Positions 10,932 to 19,579 of a stretch of DNA of 64,000 nucleotides are shown one piece after another (position 1 is the stretch's first letter; each line of letters begins with the position of its first letter). The notes below the pieces were generated by a model. The model was not told the origin of the DNA. It did not search any database and saw nothing but the letters and a program-made list of their open reading frames with translations. Location: the NCBI GenBank assembly GCA_013416795.1, contig RQSC01000012.1, positions 258,527-322,526 of the forward strand, written 5' to 3'. Both the position numbers and the translations under genes were made by a program. This DNA is from Prasinococcaceae sp. CCMP 1430. Lineage: Eukaryota > Plantae > Prasinodermophyta.

Positions 10932-11177
10932 CGCGACGCGCGAACTATTGAAACTCGCAGGCGAACGAATTGTATCATACAGGCGCGGCGCCCGGCTCTG
11001 CGCGCGCGCGCGACGGCGACTACTAAGAGAGGAATGGCGCTCTCACTCAGTACCCCTCGGTTGCTCCGTGCGCCAGGTCTTACACGTCGCAATGTTCGCA
11101 TGTCCTACCAGCGACACGTTGGACGGGGCAGCACTCGCTTCCGCTCACGCCTGGAGCTCGGGGTCCGCTTGCCCGCC

Positions 11178-11936
11178 TCACTGGGCGGTCGGCGCCGCGT
11201 CGGACACTCCCGTGGAGCCATAGCCACCGGCACCGCGTTCCGTCTCGTCGAGTCCACCCTCAGCGACCTCGACGACCTCGGGCGTCGCGATGCGCTCGAG
11301 GATGAGCTGCGCCACGCGGTCGCCCGCGGCCACCTCGAAGTCCTCGGTGCCGTGGTTGAAGAGCACGACGCCGACCTCGCCGCGATAGTCGTAGTCGACG
11401 ACGCCTGCGCCGGTGTTGATGCCCTTCTTCACGGCAAGGCCTGAGCGGGGAGCGATGCGCGCGTAGGTGCCCTCCGGGATGGCGATCGCCAGTCCCTGCA
11501 GCGGCGTGGCAACCAAGGCAGTTAGGACGCAGCACATGACGATGGGAGCAAGAGCGGGAGCGCGAGGTGGCGTGAGAGCTGCTCGCAGGCGAGCTCGCTC
11601 GCGCAGCTGCGCCTTCTCCGACCCGCAATTGGCCCCGATCGCGCCGGCGCGGGGCTGTCGCGCTCCCAGGGGCGGCCCCGGTTCCCGCGTGCGACTGGCA
11701 GCGCACGCCAGTGCGCGATCGAGGCCTGCAGCATCCCGACACGCAGGCGGCAAACGCACCGTCTTGACGATGCCGCGCCCGCCCGCGGCAATCGTGGTGG
11801 GCTCAGCAGCGGCGAGGTCGTAGCCCGCGGCGCCCTTGGACCCCCGCACCGGCAGCTTGGCCTCGGGCCGCAGCCTGTGCACGCGCATTGCCTGCTCGAC
11901 GCGGGCCTTCTTCGCGGTGGCGCCGTCGACGGCCAT
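11178..11936 (-). CDS. DUT: dUTP pyrophosphatase (trimeric dUTPase)
   Basis: All five motifs are present: [43 protein letters not shown]. One intron follows GIVKT. Confidence 0.97.
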   Translation of the reverse strand: MAVDGATAKKARVEQAMRVHRLRPEAKLPVRGSKGAAGYDLAAAEPTTIAAGGRGIVKTVRLPPACRDAAGLDRALACAASRTREPGPPLGARQPRAGAIGANCGSEKAQLRERARLRAALTPPRAPALAPIVMCCVLTALVATPLQGLAIAIPEGTYARIAPRSGLAVKKGINTGAGVVDYDYRGEVGVVLFNHGTEDFEVAAGDRVAQLILERIATPEVVEVAEGGLDETERGAGGYGSTGVSDAAPTAQ

Positions 11937-12497
11937 CGCCCGGCGGCGCGCCGCCCAGCAGGTGCGCGCGAGCGCGCGCGCGGGCCGAAAAAGCGCGACT
12001 GCCGTGGCGTGCGTCCGCGTCGCCTCCAACCACCCTCCGGCGCGCCAGCCGTGCACCTCTCGCGGGGGGATCGGCTGGCGAGTGCGCGCGCTGTGGCGCG
12101 CCGCGCGCGCCGCGCGCCCCCGGGCGCATCCATTCTCCGCCGCGCACCCATTTTCGTCCCCGACGACCGCCGTTTCCCCTCGTCGTTTCGAATTGATATT
12201 TCGCGGGACGCTTCCCCCCGCGAATTCGAAGCGCCGCCGGGCCGAGTTTCAGTTTTGCACGCCCGGAAACGCCCCGTTGCCGCCGAAACGCGCACCGCAC
12301 CGGCCCGGCCCGGCAATCAAAACGCACGCGGGACGAAAATCTTGTGAACCCTACAAATAAACCTCAAAGGTATGATACGTACCATGATGGTACTGTCCAT
12401 CATGATGGTTGAACATCTTCGTGATCGTAGATCAACGTGCATGTGAACAGGTTAGGGTTATGCGCTCCCGGGCCGGGCTTCGAAAATCTTTTCGCGG

Positions 12498-13895
12498 GTG
12501 GTCGCGCGGCGCGGCGCCGGCGCTGCTGCTGCAGGCGCTCAGAGGCTGCCGCCGCCGCGTCTGCGCCGTCACCGAGCCGCAGTGCGCGACCGAACGCAGT
12601 GGCCACCGCATCAGAGGCGGCAGAGGGAAGCTGCCCGCGCGTGTGCTTCGCGGGATGGCCTTGCGCTCGTGTGCACGTGCGCGGGGGCGCGCAGGTGGCC
12701 GACGCTGCGTGCGCGCCCCCATGTGGTGCGAAGTGTGGCTGCAGCAGCCACGCGCGGGAATGGAGGTGACAAAAACGGCAATAATGGCAACAGCAGCAGC
12801 AGCGGCGTAGCCGGGGGCGGCGGCGGCGCAGACGCGGCGGCGCTGGCGGCACTGCGGAAGGCGGCAGACGAGGCCGCCTCCGGCGGCTCGCGCAAGCCTC
12901 TCGAGCGCACGCGCTTTCGCCGGCCAAAATCGCAGTCGCCGGCGCAGCGAGCAGCCGCTGCGGCATCGGGCGGCGATGGGACGTCGGCGACCGCGTCTCT
13001 GCCCAAGCGATCGTCACCGGTGTCTGCGAGCGCTGCAGGCGACGTGCACGTGCTGGTGGACGGCTACAATGTCATCAATGCCTGGCCTCGCCTGAAGCGT
13101 CTGCTGCGACGTGGCGAGCTCCGCCAGGCTCGCGAGGAGCTATGTGTCGACCTGTCAGCCTACGCCGTCTTCTATGGCGTCCGTGTGACGGCCGTCTTTG
13201 ACGCGGCGGGCGGCGGAGACGAAACGCGCGTGAACGCGCGCGAGCAGGGTGGGGTGACGTACTCGGGCGTCGACGTGGTGTACCCCTCGACGCTGCGCTC
13301 AGACAGTGCTGACTCGTGGATAGAGCGCCGTGCAGAGGAGCTCTTCGAGGGCGGTAAGCGTGGCAAATCGGCTAAGGGAGGCGACGGGGACGGCGACAGC
13401 AGCACGCGCGTGGTGGTGGTCACAAACGATAGCGCGGTGCGGGATGCTGTGCGTGGCGCGGGAGGCACCGCCTGGTCTACCTCGCAGCTCAAGGCCGACA
13501 TCAAGGCCGCGTCCGAGATCCTCGAGGAGCAAGCTCGTGAGATGCCCGGGGTCATCTCGCAGCGCTACGATCCGAACGCACCCGGCGCGCTCGCGCGCTC
13601 GCCCGCTCGCCAGACCGCGACGCTGCAGTATGGCCTTGACCTCAAGGAGCTCTTCGCGCTGGAAGACGAGTCGGCCAAGGCGCGCGCACGGGAGGCAGCC
13701 AAGCTCAAGGCTTCGAAGGAGCGTCGCGTGAAAAAGCTCTTCGAGAAAAAGCCCGACGATGCGTCGGCTATGGCCGACGGCGGTGGAGGTGTGGGCGAAG
13801 ACGGGGACACCTCGTCGTCCTCAAGCGACGGTGAGGCCGCCGACGGCGGCGGACCGCCGCGGCGCAAGCGGAAGAAGTTTCGCTTCAAGTCATGA
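12498..13895 (+). CDS. YacP/Rae1-like NYN-domain ribonuclease with N-terminal extension
   Basis: VLVDGYNVINAWPRL..VTAVFDA..SADSWIERR..VVVTNDSAVR: the conserved acidic NYN motifs of the YacP family. The true start is unresolved; an ATG at 12460 lies in another frame and may splice in. Confidence 0.85.
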   Translation: MVARRGAGAAAAGAQRLPPPRLRRHRAAVRDRTQWPPHQRRQREAARACASRDGLALVCTCAGARRWPTLRARPHVVRSVAAAATRGNGGDKNGNNGNSSSSGVAGGGGGADAAALAALRKAADEAASGGSRKPLERTRFRRPKSQSPAQRAAAAASGGDGTSATASLPKRSSPVSASAAGDVHVLVDGYNVINAWPRLKRLLRRGELRQAREELCVDLSAYAVFYGVRVTAVFDAAGGGDETRVNAREQGGVTYSGVDVVYPSTLRSDSADSWIERRAEELFEGGKRGKSAKGGDGDGDSSTRVVVVTNDSAVRDAVRGAGGTAWSTSQLKADIKAASEILEEQAREMPGVISQRYDPNAPGALARSPARQTATLQYGLDLKELFALEDESAKARAREAAKLKASKERRVKKLFEKKPDDASAMADGGGGVGEDGDTSSSSSDGEAADGGGPPRRKRKKFRFKS

Positions 13896-14421
13896 GGGCC
13901 CCGTCCGCTGCTCCTTGGGCCGCACGGATCGTCAGCCACGCACTTACTGGCGCCGGTGTCCTCCCCCATGCCGCGCGCGGCTTCTACGCTGCGCCCACGG
14001 CCCGCGGCCGGAAGCCCCATCGCAACCGCCGCTCGCTATCGATACCACGCGCGCGCGCGCGCGCGCGCGCATCGGGATGTGGGGCGGAGTGCCCTTTCCT
14101 TTTTTTGGAGGCTGGTCTCCCGCGGATTTGTTGCGCATATTTCCGTAATTTGTGTGCTAATGTAATATTCCTCTTGTTTCCTGATTGAATCCCGGAGTAC
14201 GGTGGATTCGACCCTGCGTTTTTGGCGGTTGGCTCGGTTGCACGCCGCGGCCGCCGTCGCGCCCGAAAGAGTACGTGCGCGCGCGAGCAGTGCGCCGACG
14301 CGTGCCGCGCTTGCACAGGGCGCACGCTGCGCGGGGCGCGCCCGGCGCGAGGGGCGCGCGCGGCGCGGCGCGGCGCAGGGCGGGCGCGGGCGGTGCGAGT
14401 GAGGGCGCGGGCGCGGCGAGT

Positions 14422-16324
14422 ATGGCAAAGAAGCGCGAGAGGGACGGCGCGGGCAAAGAGGTGGGCGGTGAGAGGGAGAAGAAGGCCAAGTCGGCAGCGG
14501 TAGGGCGCCACATCGGCGCGGTCGACGCGCCAATCGCTGACGTCCCGTTCACGACTGGCGATGCGCAGCTGGCGCTGGCTGGCAACGCGGCCCCAGCCGG
14601 AGCGCACTCTCCCAGGCACGCGCGCGCAACTTCGCGCTTTCGTGGCGTGACACATCACGTGCGCACGGGGCGCTTCGAGGCCTACTGCTGGGCCCAAGGG
14701 AGTCAGGTTTACCTGGGTGGCTTCGCCGAAGAGGAGCAAGCGGTGAGTGCGTGTGCGATGCAAGTCCGCGCGTGATGCCCTTGATGATGAAGCTAGTGCT
14801 TCGATGTGCTCGCTTTCTGACGCACCATGCCATGCCCAGGCCCTCGCCGTCGACATCGCGATGGTCAAGTTCCGCGGACTGGCGGAGGCAGCAACCCGCA
14901 CAAATTTCGACGTCTCAGGCTTTGCTGATGAACTCGGCTCGCTAGACGGGGTATCCAACGATGAGCTTGTACTTTTCCTGCGCAGGCAGTCGAAGTGCTT
15001 CGCCGCATCCCCTGCCGCGGCAGCCGCGGAAGCGGCGAGAGCAGCGTCCGCAGACGCCGATGCTTCCGGCGATGCACGCGCTGCCGCCGTGGATGCATCC
15101 GCAGGCTCCGAGACACTGGCCGGAGGCAGCAACAGCAAAGGCCTGTACGCGTATCGTGGCGTGCACCGCCTCAGCAGTGGCAAGTTTGAGGTGAGCACTT
15201 CTTGTCGCTCCTATTGCGCTTAGACCAGCCGCTTTCCCGCAGCCTTGGCGCCGCCGGTCGACCCGTTGCTGACATGTGAATCACCCCACCAACGCACATG
15301 CTACACATTGCTCAGGCGCGAGTAAGCGTCAAGGACATCACGCGCCCGATGCGCCTCAGCCGAAGGACTGTGAAGAAAAAGGGCAAGGCGAAGGCCGGAG
15401 GGAGCTCTACGGAGCGCTCGACCCCAGCCTACACCTTGCCAGTCTCGAAGGGTAGCCATGTCAAGCTCGGCACCTTTGACACGGCCGAGCTGGCTGCCAG
15501 CGCATATGACAGGTGCGCGGGGTGGAGCTGTTCGTACGCGCGCGCGCAGCGGGGGCACCATGGCACAGTCGCTGACAGAGCGCTCATCGCATCTCTCCCC
15601 CGATTCGCATCGAAGGGAACTCGTTCAGCAGCGCGGGCACCACGCGTGCACCAACTTCGGCCTCACCAACTACGAGGCTGAGATGCGCGAGCACAATCAG
15701 GCGCAACGTGAAGAGGCGGCGGCGGCCACCGCCGCGGCGAGCCTCGAGCTGATCGCCGCCGGTGGGGCACCTGACCCCAGGGCCGACCATCTCACACCCG
15801 AGGTCGGCAAGGGTCCTGGAGCGATGCACGCGGTCGAGACGGCGAAGACTACTACACTCGCGGCATTCGCATCGCCGGCCCCGTCGCCGAGCACGCCCGC
15901 CCTTTCGATAGCGCCCACACTCGCCCGCCCCAGTGCCGGCCCACAAGCGCCGCCTCTCACGTGGGCGAGCATAGGGACGACGGACGTGCACGCACAAGCA
16001 CAGCAACCACAAGTGGCACAGCTGCACGCCAAACCTGTCGCCTTCGGCGCGCACCCCAGCCATAGGGCACCGACCCAACCCCACGCCCTCGCCCACGTGC
16101 TAGCGCCTCAAGTGCGCGTCCGGGTGGACGTGTCACCCTCACAGCACCAGCCAGTACATGGCGGCACAAAGTCGGCGGCCAGTGCGAGCGCGGCAGCTGG
16201 GGGCGTGGGCCTTCCCACCGCTTCGGGCTTCGGCGACGAGGTCGATTTCGGCCTCCTGAGCGCGCTCCTGGACGACAACAGCACGCACAATAGCCCGCCG
16301 GCGGGCGCGCACACCGGCCGGTGA
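14422..16324 (+). CDS. Double AP2-domain transcription factor (AP2/ANT/WRI-like), three introns
   Basis: R1 SRFRGVTHHVRTGRFEAYCW..QVYLGGFAEEEQA|ALAVDIAMVKFRG..TNF. Linker ELVLFLRRQSKCF. R2 YRGVHRLSSGKFE|ARV..KLGTFDTAELAASAYDR|ELVQQRGHHACTNF. Confidence 0.88.
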
Positions 16325-16539
16325 AAGATGTGGATTTCAAGCGGGACAATGCCAAAATGCACTGCTGCGAGCCCGGCACACCTCGAGGCGCTGGTCGCCG
16401 GCTTCGGGGTGCATAGCTGACGCCGCACGGCGCGCGTCCAGTAATGCAATACAAGCAGCACACTGATTCAGCGCGTGTCACGCACGGTGGGGGGCAGATG
16501 CAAGTGCTCGCGATGTGCAATGCGCCCCGCCTTGAATCC

Positions 16540-17066
16540 TTACTCGACTCGGATGATGATGTGGCTGCCCGAATCAGAGTCCACGATGTCGCTGAGCTGG
16601 CCCACGTTGAGCGCAAAGCTCGCGCTCTCGAAGGCCGGTTGCATCTTCCCGCGCGCAAAGGAGCCTAGGTCACCGCCCCGCTGCGCGCTTGAGCAATCGC
16701 TGTACTTGGAGGCGAGCGCCTCGAAGGCGCGCAGGGTGTCCTCGCTCGCGCCGCCGCCCTCGGTCAGGATCTGCTCGCGAAACGCAGTCAGGAGCTTGTG
16801 CGCCTCGTCCTGTGCGCAGCAGCAGGCAAAGGGGCCGATGTCGACGGCAGCAGAGACCAGGTGAGTCGTCGCGGGCCGTCAGCGCGGGGCGCGCACATCT
16901 GACGGGGTGCGATCGTCGGATCGCACGCGTCAGGCCAGGCCCGCAGCGGCGCGCGCACCTGCGTGCGCTTCTTGATCTCGGCACCTTGCGGATCGCGCCA
17001 GCTCGCGGGCCTGCGCGAGCCCTGGTGCTTGACCAGCAAGTGGGAGCAACGCACAGAGTCGGGCAT
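16540..17066 (-). CDS. PIN1: Parvulin/Pin1-type peptidyl-prolyl isomerase, no WW domain seen
   Basis: VRCSHLLVKHQGSRRPASWRD, intron, then ASKYSDCSSAQRGGDLGSFARGKMQPAFESASFALNVGQLSDIVDSDSGSHIIIRVE* (stop at 16542-16540). An extra 5' exon is possible. Confidence 0.93.
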
Positions 17067-17583
17067 GACCCTCTGCGGAAGCACGTGTGCGCGTCAGCGC
17101 GCGGTGGGCTGCGCATGCCTCGCCCGCCCTCCAGCATACCCACCAAGCGTACACGGTCCACTCGCTCGCTCGCTCGCGCGCTCGCTCGCTCGCGCGCTCT
17201 GCCGTCCGGCCGCCCTCGCACCCACCCGACGCCACCCGACCCGATTGCCGTCGCGCACGCACCTCGCGGCCCTCGCCCGCCCAGCCCGACCCTCGTGCTG
17301 AGTGGCGCGCCGCGTGCGAGCACCGCGTACCGCGCTCAGCGCGTGCCGCCCTCCGTGACACGCCCCGCGCGCGCGCTCCCCTGCGCGCTGTTCGAACGGC
17401 GCTTTGCGTCTGGATCGGCAGCTGCGCGAATTGTGAACGAGTGCACAAATCCTGGGCTGAAGAGGGAACCTGACTCTACGGTAAACCTCAACATGGGTTT
17501 GGGTTCAACATAATGTACCGCATGGGAAACGCCGACCACGCGTGTGCATCGGGTTGCTGCTTGAGGGCGGGCGAGCGCTTCGC

Positions 17584-19425
17584 TCAGCGGCCGAGGCCGA
17601 GCGCCCTGCAGGCGGGCACCTCCCACACCCGCGCGAGGGTGTGTGCCTCGCCATTCTCGCCAAATGCGTCGAGGCCCGCTCGCACGAGGGTCTGCCGCAC
17701 GCGCGCGCAGTAGAGGTCACCGACGGCGACCCCGGCGTCAGCCATTTTCTTGTCAGCCACGGCGGAGTAGGTGCACGGCACGCCGCTGGCCTCAAGGTCG
17801 CTGGCGAGCTCGTCGTAGTTGGCACCGGCCTCATCGCTCCACACCGGAAAGATGAGCGGCACGCCGAGGCGGCCGAACGCCTCCTCGCGCCACTGTTTGA
17901 TGTGCACGAGGTGCAGGTCGCCGCAGGCGATGTCCCGGACGCCGCCGGGCAGTCGCCGCCGCGCCAGCGACAGCGCACTCGCGAGGGTGCTGGTGTAGTT
18001 TCCTCCACGATGGAGCGGAACGCCAAGGAGTGGCAAGCCCAGGTGTGCCGCCTGGCGCTCAACGTCGGCGATGGGAACCTCCTGGTGGGCGATGCGCCTG
18101 CTTGCGGCGTCAAACGTGGTGAGCAACGCCAGCTGGTGCAGCGGTCGGCCCGAGCGCACCAGAGCGCGAAGCGCCAGGAACGAGTCCTTGCCCCCTGACC
18201 ACATGAGCAGCGTCGTGCCCCCCCCCTCGCAGCGGCCGCCGGCTCCATCGCCCTCCGAGTCGCGGACGGGCGTGAGGAAGGCCGGCTGCTGGATTCGCCC
18301 TGCCTTGTCCTTGACGTTGGCGTGATCGTAGGGGCAATGGCGACACCCCGAGCCGCAGCACCTGCCGCGTGCCTCGTGCTTCAGTCGCGTCATCACGCTG
18401 TATCCAGTCTCGGGGTCGACGTAGGTGAGCTCCCCCGCCGCACACGCGCGCTCGTGGAGCGCGTGCCAGTCCTCAATGTCACCCACAGGCCCCGCATCGC
18501 AAGCGGAGCGCGGTGGCGGCACGTCAGCTCCAAGCCGCACCCACGCCTCGCCCTCGCGTGGCAGGAATGCGCGTGTCGCGGCTTGGATCGCCTCGACCGC
18601 CGCATCGTCGCCGTCCCACACGCATCGCGCCGCGAGGGCCACCCCGGCTGCGAGACTCGGCCCCGGCCGCGCGAAGTAGCGGTTCCCATCGACGGCGTAC
18701 ACCCGGCCGTCGCGCCACGCGCGCAGGCGGGACAGCGTGCCCCGCCCCGCCGCCGCGAGGGCGTCGGCGGTGTTGCGCTCGGTCCCGAAGCCACAGCACG
18801 CGACAAGCACGCAGTCGGGGTCGGCCTCCTCCACCTCATCCCAGCCCCGCGCGCTGCTCTTCGCGCCCGGTCGCGGCTGAAGCGCCGGTTGGGTGCCGCT
18901 GGCGAGCTCGAGCATCTCCGGCGTCCAGTGCCCCCCGTCGAAGGGAGGGTCGAGCCACTCGAGCAGCAGGACCGAGGGTGTCGACCCCCTGAGAGCGCCC
19001 GCCCGATCGACCGCGTCGGCGACGGCGGCGACGCGCTCGTCGAATTCGCGCCGCAGCACCGCGCCGCGATCGGGCACGCCGAGCGCCTCAGCAATTTCCT
19101 CGAAGCTCCGCGCGACCTCGGCGAGCGTGGAGGGCGACGTGGAGACGACACGCGCGCCCGGCACGCTCGAGCACGCCGCGGTGGCTGCGGCACCGCCGGG
19201 TGCGCACACGGCGCACAGGTCTTGCGTGAGTACCACGGTGGGTTCGGTCCGCGCGAGCGCCTGAGCATCGAGCGGGTAGAGGCGCTCCCCGGCCCCCTCC
19301 GCTGCGGCGCGCGCCACGGCGTCGTTGATGTGAGCCTGCGAGGCGCTCGTGTCGAGCCCCGCGCGCGTCACGCGCCGCACGCCGCGCCGCAAAGCGCAGC
19401 GCAAGGCTTGCCTCCGGACTGTCAT
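17584..19425 (-). CDS. Three-domain fusion: BtuF-like Fe/B12 periplasmic-binding domain + DUF5522-like Cys domain + Dph6-like PP-loop ATP pyrophosphatase
   Basis: Binding domain: PTVVLTQDLCAVCA, LEWLDPPFDGGHWTPEM, DPDCVLVACCGF, VYAVDGNRYFARPGP. Cys domain: HERACAAGELTYVDPETGYSVMT..RGRCCGSGCRHCPY. ATPase: WSGGKDS..GDLHL..FGENGEAHT. It is one uninterrupted frame, but the N-terminus is incomplete. Confidence 0.85.
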   Translation of the reverse strand: MTVRRQALRCALRRGVRRVTRAGLDTSASQAHINDAVARAAAEGAGERLYPLDAQALARTEPTVVLTQDLCAVCAPGGAAATAACSSVPGARVVSTSPSTLAEVARSFEEIAEALGVPDRGAVLRREFDERVAAVADAVDRAGALRGSTPSVLLLEWLDPPFDGGHWTPEMLELASGTQPALQPRPGAKSSARGWDEVEEADPDCVLVACCGFGTERNTADALAAAGRGTLSRLRAWRDGRVYAVDGNRYFARPGPSLAAGVALAARCVWDGDDAAVEAIQAATRAFLPREGEAWVRLGADVPPPRSACDAGPVGDIEDWHALHERACAAGELTYVDPETGYSVMTRLKHEARGRCCGSGCRHCPYDHANVKDKAGRIQQPAFLTPVRDSEGDGAGGRCEGGGTTLLMWSGGKDSFLALRALVRSGRPLHQLALLTTFDAASRRIAHQEVPIADVERQAAHLGLPLLGVPLHRGGNYTSTLASALSLARRRLPGGVRDIACGDLHLVHIKQWREEAFGRLGVPLIFPVWSDEAGANYDELASDLEASGVPCTYSAVADKKMADAGVAVGDLYCARVRQTLVRAGLDAFGENGEAHTLARVWEVPACRALGLGR

Positions 19426-19450
19426 CAATCACCACCAGATACGTCCGCAT
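19370..19450 (-). pseudogene. Fragment resembling the N-terminus of an alphaproteobacterial universal stress protein (USP)
   Basis: MRTYLVVIDDSPEASLALRFAARRAAR (27 codons), preceded by a purine-rich GAGGGTCGGGGCG. The frame degenerates immediately afterwards. Family similarity is recognised from memory, not by search. Confidence 0.65.
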
Positions 19451-19579
19451 CGCCCCGACCCTCGCTATGCTTTTCGTGAATGGAGAGTGCGTCACATTCG
19501 TATGAACTGCGGGCGGAGCGCACCCGCGCAAGCGGAGAGCCTAGGCAGCGACCCGCTGCGCAGCGGGGCGCTCTTCCGC

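Noticed and set aside
11178-11936. dUTPase as a sign of a virus or retroelement
   Set aside because: It has a host-type intron and codon usage, and there are no viral or RT/integrase neighbours.
16540-17066. Pin1 lacking a WW domain
   Set aside because: This is the known plant-type form.
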